Assembly: GCA_044450645.1 (NCBI GenBank)
Contig: JBIOJG010000012.1
Location: 36,566 to 100,565, forward strand
Reading direction: 5' to 3'
Source: Candidatus Binatia bacterium
Lineage (GTDB): Bacteria; Desulfobacterota; Binatia; HRBIN30
DNA length: 64,000 nucleotides
The notes under the pieces were generated by a model. It saw nothing but the letters and a program-made list of their open reading frames with translations. It had not been told where the DNA came from and did no database searches. Positions 63,942 through 64,000 of the stretch are shown here, one piece after another. How positions within the stretch are numbered: the first letter of the stretch is position 1; every line of letters starts with the position of its first letter. Made by a program: the position numbers and the translations under genes.

Positions 63942-64000
63942 ATCACGGATCACGCGTCACGGTCCTTCGCCAGTGCCGCCGGGCCGGAGGCGAGCCACGG

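Overview
GC-rich chromosomal segment from a diderm bacterium; the lineage cannot be assigned by eye. Gene content (F420-type LLM oxidoreductase, MlaFED, many multihaem cytochromes) suggests an uncultured environmental lineage. Coding density is high, and most long antisense ORFs are GC-driven shadow ORFs. Positions ~1-21.3 kb hold an unusual cytochrome locus. It has seven c-type cytochrome genes (55 canonical CXXCH plus 5 CX3CH/CX4CH motifs), three paralogous NHL beta-propeller lipoproteins, a 691-aa putative outer-membrane beta-barrel and a secreted FKBP isomerase. It also has two near-consensus sigma-54 promoters and the 3-prime end of a sigma-54 activator. A barrel-NHL-cytochrome module occurs twice, the second time with a truncated barrel, and one of two tetrahaem paralogues carries a frameshift. 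I read this as a porin-cytochrome-like extracellular electron transfer or cytochrome export locus of non-standard composition. The rest of the window contains: an MlaFED-type operon preceded by two uncharacterised secreted proteins, one a ~20-unit aromatic-Pro repeat protein; glycogen genes (glgA, galT-like, glgP); lon; and a secreted metzincin. It also contains a fused membrane/Fe-S (DsrMK- or HdrD-like) oxidoreductase, a PAS-GAF histidine kinase with a receiver, nadK, recN, a MazEF-like toxin-antitoxin pair beside a decayed region and a truncated transposase. The last block is ilvC | psd-pssA-leuA-leuB-usg-truA, with a Leu-rich leader peptide and attenuator upstream of leuA. I recognised no rRNA, tRNA or CRISPR array.
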